From NCBI GenBank assembly GCA_900088475.1, contig FLMG01001283.1, positions 8,016 to 72,015 on the forward strand: 64,000 bases of DNA, read 5' to 3'. Source of the DNA: Hyphochytrium catenoides (lineage: Eukaryota; Protista; Hyphochytriomycota). The position numbers and the translations under genes are program-made. Shown in pieces: positions 1 to 13,384 of the stretch. The notes beneath the pieces are model-generated. The model was given only the letters and a program-made list of their open reading frames with translations, had not been told where the DNA came from and did no database searches. Positions within the stretch are counted from its first letter, which is position 1, and every line of letters starts with the position of its first letter.

Positions 1-624
1 GCTCTTCTGCCACTCCTACCAACCAACACTCTACGAGCTCATCATGTCCGCACTGCTCTTAGTAGATACCGGAGACCACTAGGAGAGCCTGGAGCTTCAG
101 CCCTTTAAATAGTCAATCACCTTAGCGTCATGACTTCTTTCTTCTGGCCTCCGAGTGGGCTCTCTAGTCACCCTGTAACCTGAGAGCAGCTCAATATGCT
201 GGCACGGCAATAGCGAACCTGGAGAAGCTCAAAAGCTGGCACGGTCTGCCGATGAAGGCGGAGATGATGTGAAGATCTGTGCTTTTTTACCTTTGTTTAT
301 TTCAAGCGGCCGGATTGAAGGATTCAAGTGAGGGCACCTTTGTATTAATGTAAAGATATCTTTCACAGGCATGAACTCCTGAAACATTTCAGTATTGAAG
401 CACCGCCCCTAACAGCAATCAGAATCCACATCACGCTTCGTTCTTATATATTTTACAAATAAGCTTCATCAGCAGCCCCCGCCGCGCTTCTCAGAGCTAT
501 ACTCTCCAAGAGCCTGCACAGCTCTCCTATAGTCTGCTGAACGAGCCGTTGGCCTTTGAACACGGTGCTCCTTTAATCAGGCATGGACCCGATGGAGATC
601 AGTAGGGAAGTTCGCAGACTTCCC

Positions 625-3256
625 TTAGGCAGCTGCAAGCTTCCGCTGCTCTCGCAGAGCCTTGAACCTTTCGGCCAGTCGATCGTCAAACGTTCCCGCG
701 ACAAGCTGTGCAAGGACGTAGTTAGAATGAAGACGTAGGGACTAGAAGCATCTGCTGAAGCTCTGACCTCTCTGCTGCGCTGGTTGATCTGTGGTTTGAA
801 GGTACACTCTGGAGGCGGAGCCATCCTCTCTTCTCGAAGCTGCTCTAGCTTCTGCTCGAACACTTCACGTAAGGTGCCTTCATAGCCATGGTGACTCAAT
901 GAGCTGGCTTACCTCCTCTCTCAGGGCCATGTCTTCTTCCACTCTGTACATAAAATCATCCTTAACCTCATTCTATGGCATCCAAAACACGTTAGAGCCT
1001 GCGCTGCCTTCCAGTACCGATTGCGTTGTCTTACCCAAGTCTTTGCCTCCATTGGGACTTTGATAACCTTTCCTGTCCTTCTATCGTATAAGCACTTCTC
1101 AGTGACTCTGAAAGGTGGCCGTGTCTCCCTTTCCAGCTTTTTGATGTTCTCTCGCCTCCGCTCCTCACTAGAAGTTGCCCGCTTGAAGAACTTCTTCTCC
1201 ACCTCTCCCTGGCATGAAACAATTCATGGATGTAAACGAGACGCGAGGTGTCTTAGGGGCAGAGGGCCGGCTAAAAGGAGATAGAAAGACGAGTAACTCA
1301 GTGGTAGAACGGACCAGACAGCGAAAGGGAGATAAGGGCTTCTGAGTACCCAGGTGGTTGCGCTTCGGTACTCCACTGCGCAGTTTTGACATTTCTTTCG
1401 CTTCTGTATGACTTCATCGTAGGACTGTACCATCCCACACTTCGGACATGTCTGAGTAGGTCAAGAAGCATTATACAGTCTTCGCGGCCAGTCTGCTCTT
1501 ATAACAGTATGCACTCTTACCTTTTTGTCCAACTTCTTGGCATACTCTTGCTGACCTTGGGCCTTGTTGAGTTCCTATTTATAGAAGTTAAAGGAAGAGG
1601 GAAGTTTAGAGCAAAAAGAGATGCACAACGACTCATCCCAGGGCAAATGGTGATTTCTGTAACCTCTTCACGACAAGAACCATTCTAAGAGGAGCAGATT
1701 GTGCCATTTTATATCAAGTTGCTTTGCCTTACCGCCCTCATATTTCTGGTGTGTGTGTCCATCCTCCTCACGAAGTCAGCATCCATTCCCGAGTCGCCTT
1801 GGTCTTGCAGCTTTCGTACCCTCGGTTTGAACGTGCAGTTTTCCCTGTCATCCTCCTTGGCATAAAGACTGGAGAAAGAAGACGCCCGAGTTCAACGATG
1901 GGGAAGGGAGCGAGGTATTCAAGGACTTAACAAACCTTGTCGCTCTTTGTCTAGAGGATGGCTTGGCCTTAGAGAGCCTCTCAACCGTTTCCTATTCATC
2001 AGTAAAGATAAGTACTATAGAGCTTGTTTGGAAACTAGACGTTCTTTACCATTGGTGAGGTGTCTAGCGAAAAAACACAGTTCAGTGTCTACAGCAGGCA
2101 GGTTCTCACTAGACAAAGCCGCTTACCTTGTCGCTTTTTCGGAAGTTTTTGCGGCACTATCGTCCACGTCTTTGCTAGAAGACGGGCCTGGGAGGTGGAT
2201 AAGGAATCGAGACCAGAGGTCATGGCTCTCGAGCGCTGTGGATGCGTGGGCAGTGATGCTCTCAACTTTTTGGCGGCTAGCCTTTGCTGCATTGCTTGCT
2301 GGTGACGAGTTTAGACGAAGCGAACATGGAAATGGCTAACCCAACATCACTAACCTTTTTGTCTAGAGAAAAAGAGGGCGTGCTTCTTCGAAGTCCACCT
2401 GCTGGTCATGAAAATGAGACGGCGATAGGCATCTCAAGGTCGCCCTCCTTACCCTTCGATAAGCTCGCCAGCAAAGCGTCAAATGCTTTGTCCTTGACTG
2501 CGGAGTTCGTCACCGCCTCGGCTGCCTCTCTTAGTACTTGATCGATATTCTGTTTTCCCGAAGGGTCACTGCTTCTCACTTCCTTGGCTGCATTGCTCAG
2601 GATGGAGGCTACTGAAGCTTCTGCTGCCGCGCTACGAAGCAACTGGTCCACCGCTGGCCTACCTTGGACCTCTGCTACCGACGCTCGAAGAAGATCTCCG
2701 ACCCTCGCTCCGTCGGTGACAGAGGTCCGAAGGACATCACTAACGTGGTTTTGTGTTGCCTCAATACTCCTCTGAGTTGATGTCCTCTCAGAAAGTTCCT
2801 TTGCAGTAGAGGTCAGGAGAGCTGCAATACCCTTAGAGCTAACAGCTGACCTCTCCTCTTTCGCCAGGCTCGAATACTCTGTCCCGCCATCCCCTGCTGC
2901 TTCCCGGAGCTTTCCTTCCTTCACTACCTCAGCAAGGACACTTCCCGGATCGGCGGAGGTGGGATCCTTTTCCAGTGTTGAGTCTGTCATTCCTTGGGCC
3001 AGAGCGGACAGTACGGAGGCAACCCTCGTACTTGAATCCTTTGATGCCCCTTCGTATGGTTTGACTGCTTGCGAAGTGTCACCCACCGGAGCACCCGACT
3101 GGTTCGCGATAGCCATGTCAGCCACGGCTTTCTGAAGAGCATCTGCCGCGTTCATCCTGAAGTTGAGCAAGTTGTCTCTATGGTCGTCAGATCTCTGTTG
3201 GAAGTTCAGCAAATGTGCCCAGTTCTCATTAACATGCCTCTTTCTCTCCTAGTCTA
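625..3256 (-). CDS. Multi-exon uncharacterised protein with a low-complexity region, a CxxC..CxxC zinc-ribbon-like segment and a TFKPQIN motif; 5' end unresolved (may extend to ~4300)
   Basis: ORFs 2406-3212, 1224-1433 and its upstream extension (TCPKCGMVQSYDEVIQKRKKCQNC), 921-1202 and 573-899 can be joined by GT-AG introns; last exon reads ECTFKPQINQRSRE/LVAGTFDDRLAERFKALREQRKLAAA* with TAA at 625-627. Confidence 0.6.
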
Positions 3257-4949
3257 GCTGTAACTAGGTCCTGTCCTGAGCTGGCATCTCAGGCGCCACT
3301 GCCGTCGAACACTTCTTGGCTCTCGATGAGCCCAGACCGGGGCCATCATCCTCACGAACCCGAAGAAACTCACTCCTCAACATCAATGCATCTAATGCTG
3401 GATATTTGGGTAGAATATCAAGGACAAAATAAGTTAAAGCGTGACTATTCGGAATTAACCTTTCCGCTACCGGCTATCTGACAAGGGCGTTACGCTTTTT
3501 GTATGGCGATGACCTGATTCTGACCAGTACGGGGCTAACCACCATACTGCTGCTGCCAGTGGAAATGCAAGCTCTTACCAACATACCAATGAAGGCCATC
3601 TTGACTCCGTCGTGTGCTGCGCCAAAGCGCTGCGAAAGCTGATAGAACGTTACTTATGTCCGAAGTTTGGCTACATTGGCGTCTCACGTCGCTAGATGGA
3701 GCAGCACCACTACTAACTGCTTCTGTGTGCCAAAGAAGGCCACGGAATACAGTGGTGGAAGTACCTTGCGCAAAGCCCATGCAGCATTCTGCTTCGCTAT
3801 ATCTGAGTCTTACGCTGTAGCCCTCTCTGAAGCAGATATCTAAGTTCTGCTGCCTGAAGCCAAGTGCAACTCATTGGATACTCTGCCTGCAGAACCTTCT
3901 CTCTAGAAGAATCTTTTTGCTCTTATTGCCGTTCACAAAAGCGAACAGTAGTAATCACCTAACAACGGCGCATGCATGCATTAGCCTAGTGTCTAATCAG
4001 AGCCTCTATTGGTATAACTTTATGATAACAGCTTTTTGCGGAGACTGCCCAACTGGAACATGGCCACAGGCAACCTAACGAGAAAGATTGTTGCCAATAC
4101 AGCCTTCTTCTCGAAGAGCTTATGAGGACCATGAGTCTTCCTCTTCCTGCCCTACAATAACGACTGATGGCGACCAGAAAACCACCACTCCAAAGGTGAC
4201 CAAAGCTGCGCCGAGCGATGGTGTGCTGAGCTTCTTCCAGCTCTGTCAGCGATGTAGCGCCCGCGGCCTATTTAAAATCTTTACAAGTGATACAAGAGCT
4301 AGAGGACATGCCCGCGGTAAGTCGATCACCCGTTCTATGGTCTCAGCCTCTAATAAGAACCCATAGCTCTATGGCTATAACCTATAACCCTTCAGTGCCA
4401 TTCTATGCCCGCCCGGCCGCTCCATAAACTCCAATTCCCCCAAGTTCAACAAACTTCAATACGTTCAGCAGAGGTCTGCTAACGGCTAGACGGCGCGTAC
4501 TGAAGCTTGTAACCCCAGCAATTTGTCCTGATAAAGTTTTCGGTACGAAAAGCTAGCAGCCATGAACACAACTACTTCCTCTCCCAGTCATGCAAGCAAG
4601 GAATGCTTGCTAGCAGCTTTCGCCTGAACACAATTGACATTCGTGCCGTCCACTAGCAGAGACGATTCTCTGTTGACTCCTTCTATATCGCATTGAGAAA
4701 GCTGTAACGAAGAGGACCAGCCAAAGTACTTATTCCCTGTGCCGCGCCATCATGGAACCCCGAGATGCTACTGGGGTGTAGGTGGATATGGTGCTGGCCT
4801 GCTTTGGCTAACTCCGTCCTATAAAAATGGTTACGAGCCAGCAATCCCACTGTTTAGCAAGCTCTGCGTCATAAAGCGGCAGCGTGCACAACTCCACACG
4901 CAGGCTATCCCTAGCTATTCTTGAGGGCGATTGGTCCCTGGTTGATACC

Positions 4950-6319
4950 ATGGCTGCCACCATCAGCCAGTCCGTCACCCGTGTTCTGGGTGTGAGGTAC
5001 TCCCCATGGCGGTTGAGTCTTCAACCTGTGGTGCACGGCCGGGGCAAGAATCGAAGCCTCGTACCTATGAGCAATGGGCAGCTCTTTATGTCAACTCTTA
5101 GTGGGGATGACACAAGCGTCAGAAAGATGAAGGTGGGACCCAACCCATTTGATAAAGCTACAGAAGGTGGATCTTCGCCTCCGCATCTGGACGATGAATA
5201 TGAAGAGCCATCCTGGAAGCCAACGGGTCGAGCACGCCGTCCCAAGCGAATCATAGTAGTCAGGTATACAACCCCAACTTTTAAACCCCGTGCTCATCTC
5301 TCTGGTACCTTAGTAAGAGTGCTATGCAGGCATGAAGAGAGTGCAGGCAATGATAATGAGGCCGCCTACGTCCACACCCCTGACTGGAAAGTGCCTCTAA
5401 CTCTTAGAGGAGTTGAGAGGTCAAGATTGCTTGGAGTGAAGCTGAAAAAGCTCATTGGCGAGGATCCCGTATACTTTTACGTGTCACCGTATCTTAGGGC
5501 GCTACAGACATGTCAAGGGATCATCAATGCATTCCCAGGTAAGCCGAATTGATTTTGCACTGCTGTTATGCGCCTAACTTAGCTCTGTAAGTAGACGAGC
5601 AGATCGTTGGCGTTCGGGAAGAGCCACGGATAGTAGAGCAGCAGTTTGGCAACTTTCAGAATGTAGAAGAGATAAAAAAGGCCAAACGAGAGCGGTGGCG
5701 TTACGGCACTTTCTTTTTCCGATTCCCCAATGGTAAGGAGCTCAAGTACTTCCTCCTTTATCCAAGATTCTCATATCGGGTGAAGGCGAATCGGGTCTGG
5801 ACGTGTACAGCCGGGTAACGGATTTTATCGCCACTATGCATCGCGACTTTGGCAATGAGAACATCATGCGGGACGATCTGACAATGATTATCGTGACCCA
5901 CGGCTTGGCCCTGCGGCTCTTCCTGATGCGGTGGTTCTTGGTATGTAGGATCACTGCATATTTGTTCGTCGCTCCCCTGTCATGGCTTCCCCGTCACCTC
6001 GACTAAGTCCCTATTTCTAGTACACCGTGCACGATTTCGAGCAGACTCAGAACCCTATAAATGGGGGCTACGTAGTTATGGATAGGAACATAGATGCGAA
6101 GGTAGGGTGCATCGACATATGTCAGCCATGGAGGGATACAGATTCTCACTCTTTCCGATTCTTTTGATCTAGGGTAATGAATGGTTCGACCTGACAGAAG
6201 AGTCCTTGAAGATGGTAAAGTTCCCCAAATATACAAGACACGCCTTCCTTCTGTCGCCAAAGAGCCGGGACTTCTTCAATAGATATACAGAGGAAGCGGA
6301 GGATGAGATATGGGATTAG
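4950..6319 (+). CDS. Histidine phosphatase / phosphoglycerate mutase-like protein (DET1/AT74-like), spliced, with possible N-terminal transit peptide
   Basis: RPKRIIVVR|HEES, YVSPYLRALQT, REEPRIVEQQFGNFQ, RFPN|GESG.DVY.RV and IIVTHG motifs across GT-AG introns; stop TAG 6317-6319. Confidence 0.88.
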
Positions 6320-6472
6320 ATCTTGAGCTAGACATGGCCGCTTCACGGCCTCAAACAGTTCCCCAAGCTTCAGCATCAGATTTGAAGCTATATCTAACTA
6401 GGGTTGCGGGCACCACAGGATGGTTGACGTCTCTTTCTCGATTCTTTTCTCTCTTACCCTAACTCAAATAAC

Positions 6473-7135
6473 TCAAACAGCAAGAGCTGCAGCCACAACA
6501 GCTCCTGTGGCGCCTAAGAGATAGTAGTTTGTTCTCTCTACGTCTGGGACGGTTAGAGTTGAAGGTTCATTGTCCCAGTACTACGAGACGCGGATGAGCA
6601 TTGTGATGGTTAGTAACGGATAGATGACGCCCATACTCTTGTTTATAGATTCTTACCCAGTGACGGACGGCGGCCAAGTAGTGGTAAGTGACTGGAAAGG
6701 TAACTGCCACCTTGGACAGGGCAAGAAGGGCGGGGTAATCGTGGATGGCGGTCATAAGCTCTACAGGGTTGTAGCCAGCTAGAGAAGTTCCTGCGATAAC
6801 GCTGAGACCTGGAGGAAGGCGAAGTGCAAAAATTTAGTTGACTGGGAGGCGGCGTGGCTCCTTATAAGGGAAAGCTTACCTCCACTCATGACTACGCCGG
6901 TAATGCGCACCATGATCGATGTAATTGCGGATGGCGGGAAGGCATAGATAGTCAGGTGAGGAGAGACTGGGCGGCCCTTCCGAGCTTGCTTGGCGGTATA
7001 GGTTTCCTCTGGCGACGCAACGTTGGCATGACGACGGAAGACGATAGGGACTCCTCCCTTCTTAAGAGCAGGAACAGCTAGGGTCCGCCAGGTTGGCAAA
7101 GTCTTCAGCGATGTAGCGACACGTGCGACCGACAT
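6473..7135 (-). CDS. SDHC: Succinate dehydrogenase cytochrome b560 subunit (3 exons)
   Basis: Mitochondrial presequence, RPVSPHLTIY, SIMVRITG, YHYLAAVRHW|YWD, C-terminal TM helix; TGA at 6473-6475. Confidence 0.93.
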
Positions 7136-8112
7136 GTTTTCCAGAAAAGAAAAGCTACTGCTCGCTTCCGTATAACAGTGTTAAACAGGCTCAGAGCTTT
7201 TTATGGTACGGGAGTGTGAAGCTTTCTCATGCCAAGCTCTGCTCTCAGCAATCTGCAGACAGAGTTCTGAAAGTAAGAAAGTGTCAACAAGAAAGAGACA
7301 AGTGGAGTCAGAGAACATCGAGAAAGAGTAAGATTGAGATATGAGGTTCGTGGAATAAAAGCTATTTGAAACGAGAAGGGTGAGAGAGAAAGACCGGTCA
7401 AGAGCCAGCTGGAACAGCGTAAAGTGTGCTGTGTTGTAGAGCTTCCTACTCTAACTTTGCAGTATAAGCACTTACGTGCCCTAGTCAGGAGTCAACTTCA
7501 GCCTTTACCTTGCGGCCATTCCCTCATATCCCCTAAAAATAGCCCTAGGCGGCCAAGAAAGTATAGCCCAATCGTGAAATTCGCATCAGAGCGCACGTGG
7601 CTAAGGGTGATCTGTGGGAATATGCTACTCCCTTTAACGGTAATCATGATGACAAACAGTCGAGGATGCAAGAGGGACAGGGGGATCTACTAATGAGAGA
7701 GCGTTTTAGTGTCAAGATGGTGGTGACAAAGACGGCAAATGAGGAAGGAAAGCGCTTGATGTCGATGACCGGCCTCCAACAGCAGCTGCTGATGAGAGCT
7801 TCGGATCAGTCCACTCATAGAGTTCCGTGCTGATTTCTATCTCTGTCGCTGGAGCTATAGACACTCGGACGCAGTGACGAACCGTCATACAACTAACTAA
7901 GGCTGAGGTCAGAAGCTTCACGAGGACAGCCTTAAGGATTGGTTCAAGGAGACTGGCTAGAGAAAAAGGGCTTGTGCCATTCCCGTTAATTGCAGCACAG
8001 GTGAAAAGTTAGAGCCCGTGTTGAGGTGCAAGGCTGTCAAGGAAACTGATCACGTACTGCCTTTCTTCACCTTGGTGCATTGTTATTATGACAGATCCCA
8101 TCAGTCAGAACG

Positions 8113-8634
8113 ATGATGTCCACAAGAAGAGTGACCTCCTTGCTGAAGAAGCCAGCCTTCAATCTTGCCCGACCAGCGCTAAGGAGAGATTATCGCGCCG
8201 GAACACCTCTAAAGAAGTCGATGGACATTGTTCACGGTATGCGTTAGTTAGACAAGCTAATCGGGTCAGTGCCTTGGAGACGCTCACGCTCTTGTTCTAT
8301 AGCTGAGGTGGGCACGCACAAGCTCTTCCACAAGAATGTCTTGGCGCTCTTGGTCCTCACTCCGGTGGCCATCTTCTCCAGTCCTTCTATCATCTCAAAA
8401 TTTGCAGAGGTCCCGCTAGCGGTCCTCTTCCCGATGCACCTTCACCTGGGCCTCAATGCTATGGTCGCCGATTACGTCCCAAGACCCATTCAAGAGCCTT
8501 CGCGCTATGCCGTTCTCGCTATTTCCGCTTTTCTGACTCTAGGACTTCTCAAGGTGACAGTAACTGGGCCTGGACTTACGGAAACGCTGAAGGCCCTCTG
8601 GAAAAAGCCTGAGAAGAAGGAAGTGACAGCTTGA
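8113..8634 (+). CDS. SDHD: Succinate dehydrogenase small membrane anchor (CybS), 2 exons
   Basis: MMSTRRVTSLLKKP presequence, intron ~8238-8302, MHLHLGLNAMVADYVP heme/quinone motif, GPGLTETLKALW C-terminus. Confidence 0.92.
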
Positions 8635-9129
8635 AGGATATACTTATAACAAGTGGATTATTGGTCTCTTGAAAACTGGCATCCGCAGGGTCGTGCCTTC
8701 ATCAGTAGACAGCTAACACCTTGGGATGGGGATGCAGCTTAGGACTGCACATTGCCTCTTCTTGGCCAACGGATGGGAGTTTGTGAGTGTAATTGTAGCA
8801 TGTTTTACTGCCTTTCGACTCTCTAGAAGGGGCAAAGCCTCTGCCAGGGTCACTAGAGGCAACAGGTCACTTAAGCAATAATGTTTTGACGATTAAGCGT
8901 TGGAAATGAAAGGTGTTGCCTGGCTATGCTCTTCAAAACTGCATGACATCCTTCTAATGGCACAAATGGTAAGAAGCAGAGTTGACCCTCTTCCAATGCT
9001 CTAGCACCGTACCGTGGGTGGAGGCGATCGTAGGCACTCATCTAAGGCTATAAGGACATCTCTAATAGTATAGATAGGCATCCAGCCGTCACCGAGAATT
9101 GGCAGGTTTATCTGACCGCTTTGGTCAAT

Positions 9130-9930
9130 AAGATGCGAGGTAACCTGTCTTGGCTTCAACCAAAGATGGACGGTCCAAGCTTAGTCAGGTGGCATCACGA
9201 AAGCCAGCTAGCTGGTGGGGTCAACACACCTACCTCCAGAATATGGACTATGGGAGCCTTGTGCGGGTAATATTTGGAGACTTGCAAGGATATATGAGTA
9301 TTGCCTGGTACCAGGTTGGCAGGCAGCAAGCAGCGGTGAGGCTCCTTCACAGGAGCTCAGTCGGGAGGGATGGCGAGCGTTAACTTACCTAAGGACTTGA
9401 GGACAATGTGCAGCCTCATCGGGTCTGGCGTACGGCTGATGGCGACCAGTTCTCGGTCTTCTAGATCCTCGCATTCCTTGATGTCTAGCCGTACTATCTA
9501 TGAGTATGTTCTTCCATCCAGGAGAGCTAGTAGCGTGAGGATAAAAGAAGGGTCTTTACCTCGTCGAAGCCTGATTTCGCCTGCGGAGACTGTGATCCTC
9601 ACTTTCTTCAATGAATCGACTAAGTTGGGTCCCGTGTCCTCATACTTCCGCTTATCCGACCGCCGTAGCATAGCAGGGAAGAAGAAGAGCTCATCCCAAG
9701 CCTGCACCGCTTAAGCCTTGATTTATGCACCCTTTGCCATTTGCATGGAGATAGATCTAGTCAGGCTTCTAATTGTCTTTCACTCTTAGGCTTTGTCGCT
9801 GAGCAGTGAGTGGCCACGCGACCCGAGATCACCGGTGCGTTTTCCAGGGATGCATCTCACTTGTTTACTGAGTGATGGCGGTGATGGCGGCGGCAAAATA
9901 ATGTTCTTTCTCAAGAAAAACCACAATCTT
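9130..9930 (-). CDS. Probable multi-exon hypothetical protein, boundaries approximate
   Basis: Joinable exons AWDELFFFPAMLRRSDKRKYEDTGPNLVDSLKK / IVRLDIKECEDLEDRELVAISRTPDPMRLHIVLKSL with GT-AG borders; no family recognised. Confidence 0.35.
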
Positions 9931-10183
9931 CAAGTGATGATCCTCCACGAAAGCCGCCAACGGCGCGATAAGGCGAGTTTGTTCACGCTCGTGTGTCTCC
10001 AAATCTCCTTGGTAGAATGTTTCGCGTCGCGCGCTAGACAAGCAGCCGCCAGCTCTATGCATATCTTAGCTCATACGCAGACTCCTAGTCCTACGAGGCT
10101 GCCCACTGGGGAGGTATGGCGGGAGTAAAGCATACAGGCTTGTTGTGGGTGGTATCTAAGAAGTCTAGCGGGTCTATCTGTTC

Positions 10184-11285
10184 ATGGAGAGCGCCGTAGA
10201 CGAGGATGCGGACCGCTGGCCTTCAGCACCTCTAGACTGTCCTCGGATGGTCATCGATGCTGCTCTTACTGAGCATGTCAAGCTGCCCCTGCGAGAAAAT
10301 TCCTCGAGAAGGGCAGCAGAAGGTAGCGACCCAAATGCGCCGGTGACCTCGATCACCAGAGAGTACCTGACACTCAGAGTCCACCAGCATCCTCCGTCAG
10401 GTGTGGGAGGCGCCATATATAATGGGGGTGAGTGATCTCTTCTTTTGAAACACAGCAGGATTATTGATAACAGGGCACCTTTCAGCGCGGGATCTTGCCG
10501 TCTATCTCTGTGCATGTGACCTTCAGCTCCGTGGCAAGAGAGCGATAGAGTTAGGCAGCGGCACAGGCATTGTTGGCATCGTTGTTGCTCAGCTAGGAGG
10601 CTCCTCATTAATAACTGACTTGCCGGAGATGCTTCCCCTGATATCGTTAAATATCCAGGAGAACAATCTGCCGGATGAGGTGGCTCAAGAATGTCCGTTG
10701 GACTGGTTTCAGCCACGGAAAGCATGGGATCCTCTTATCCAGCCACCGTATGACTACGTCCTAGGCGCTGAGATCACGTACGATCCAGCGGTAGGTCCAG
10801 CACTGCTGAGGACCATTCTGTCGCTTAGCGGACCCGACACCATCATAGTATTGGCCCATAACGAACCAGCATTCAGTACGAAAGAGCTTTCTTCTGTCCT
10901 ACCCATTTTCCAGGAGAACTTGCATCAAGAGCTAAAGATGCAAGAGCAGGTTGGTCGGCGTCGCCGTGCCAAAGGCCGCTCAAAGTTTCTAACCATAAAT
11001 GGTTGTAGGGGTTCCCAGGCTTCAGTCAATGTCCTGGCTGGAGAGAAAGCTTCATTCCTTTGAGGAAGATCAGCACCGGCTGGCCCAACACCTTTATATG
11101 GCACTTTAAGGTCAGGCCCGAAGCCTGATCCTCTGTTAGAGCTTGATGTAGGGAGGAATCCCAACAATGACCCATAGCTTCATTCCATACCAAGTCTGGG
11201 CTGCTTTACGGTGCAAGCGCCTTATCACGTCATCGCTAGAGCAGCTTACCTCTATGAACACTGCATGCTGGAAGGCCAATCATAA
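10184..11285 (+). CDS. Seven-beta-strand lysine methyltransferase (Methyltransf_16 / METTL21-like); 3' end uncertain
   Basis: GVGGAIY, AIELGSGTGIVG motif I, ITDL, PLDW, YDYVLGAEITY motifs. Confidence 0.85.
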
Positions 11286-13384
11286 CTCTCTTTAACCAAT
11301 GCAAGGGAAACGGTCAAGTTTCTCTGCTGCAACGCCACATTGTCATCAGGACCAAATCATCGTGTCGGAAACTTGAAGAGCAACCGAAAGAACTAGGCGA
11401 GGGCCTCATCTAGTATGACCAAAGCAGGGATCGAAAGGGTGAGGCAAACGACTGTATTCTATTCTCCCCTTGGTGCGTTGTGATGAATGACCGTTTATTC
11501 TCCCCCATTTTTCCTAGAGCCATTTGAGCATCATTTATTATCACTTATCACTCGCCGCTAGGACTCCTATCAAGTGCGTTGTTATAGCCAGAATAAGGAG
11601 CAGTTCAGTCCCAATGAAACAAGAGATGTACAGTCCTAACGGGTTGCGCAGTGCCTTGAACACACTACTGGTCAGCATTACCAGCTAGACGTTAGTCCTC
11701 GCCGCATTTTGATATTCTATTAGCTAAAATCTTGTCTGTCTGATTCAGCTTTCAGTCGCTCTCTATCGAAGTGGCTATTCAACGAAGTTATTCCGGGCGC
11801 CAGTGTCAAAGAGATCAATAAAGCGAAAGCGTTTGCTGGGATGTAGCCCAAAAGCACCGAAGAGTCAGCTAGCCACCTTCTTTGAAGCGAAATTTGTCTC
11901 TCAGGCCGCCGTTTCTGACTCTAATTCAGAATGAACCGCACCATCCCAACAGAAGCCCCTGTCTGTGTCTACATTACATAACGCCTGAGTGGTCGACCGA
12001 TCAAGCTAAACAGAAATGCATGCGCTTTAGTTCACCATGCTCAGATGCAGTCTTGAAAGAAGAAAACGACGAGTAAACGCTATGTTGCCGCCGTCATAAA
12101 CTAGTTAAAAAGCGGAGGAATGGCAGGGACCTATGAATGGCTCTGGGACCACTTCACATAGTAAGAGCTCAAGGGCATCTTCTAAGTTGAGGCGTACTAT
12201 CGAGCCCATTGTTCCAAAGATTGTGTTTGATGTATCTTATAGTTTGGCTAGGATGTACCTCAACAATATTCGTCGCAATCGGCCTTCACTTGTAGCATGG
12301 TCAATGGACCTTTTAGCCTCAGGCACGGCTTGCCCCTAAATGTAGGGGAAAAAGGTGACCGAGATCACATCAGGAGATCGCCCCGTCGCGCCATTCTTAG
12401 TACTTCTCATCAGTGTCCTCAGTTACTACCTTCGCCTTCTTCCTCTGCTGCTGGTGGTGCCGTAGTCAGGAGTGATCAGTATCACTCTCAAAAGTAAGAC
12501 AAGTGAAGTAAGAAGAAGTCGTACCCATCGCTGCACTAAGAGAGGTAGTGAGACTTTCCTTTGGTCGTCGGGACAAATCTTTGATAAAAGGTACCAGCGG
12601 TTGCAGCTGTCTCAGGCAATGTAGGGTCTTCTAGCGCTTTCTTTCTGCTGCTGCTGCTGAAAGCACTTGATCATAGGTAAGAAGTAACACAACAGGTACT
12701 GGATATTAGAAGGATAAGTTCACCAACCAAGTCAGTGTTACTTACACCTGAGAAGGAGAAAAGAGCTTGATGCAGGATCCCCGGCAGCACTCTTCCGTAG
12801 GGAGCTAGTCTCCTTCACCTTCGGTAGTAAGAGAGCCTTCGAAGATGGCACACCTGCCCTGCTGATTGGTCCGAAAGATTTAAAATGTGTGGGCCTTCCT
12901 CAATTGCCTCTGGCGCATGCATCTTCCGCAAACCCGCATGTTGATCATTCCGAGCCGCGTCATTCCAGCCTTGCCAGGAATTGCGTTGCCCCGAACAGTC
13001 CTTGGTGGTCTGCAGCTAGTAGTGGCGTCTTAGTTAAGGATAGACGAGGGCGTAGTCGTTCTCGCCATCCTACTTCATGCCAGCTCCCTAGTTGCCGATT
13101 AGCTACTGTTGCTCACCCAAGTCCCAACAACCTCTTCTGCCTCATTGTCCTGTTCTGTAGGGTTTACTCCTTTCTACCAGGACAAAGCTCTTGATAGGTT
13201 CTTCTCTCTCTCTTCCAATAGGTAAGGTACGAAGGAGGATGTATGGTAGAGGCGACAAGGCGAGTTCGTCAGACAAGGAACTGTTTCCTGCTTGAACGCA
13301 GCCCATTTCCCATCATAGACTAAGGGTGGCATTGAGGAGTAATCGCGGTAGGGTACTGACCTGAATCATTAGTTCAGTCTGTTC

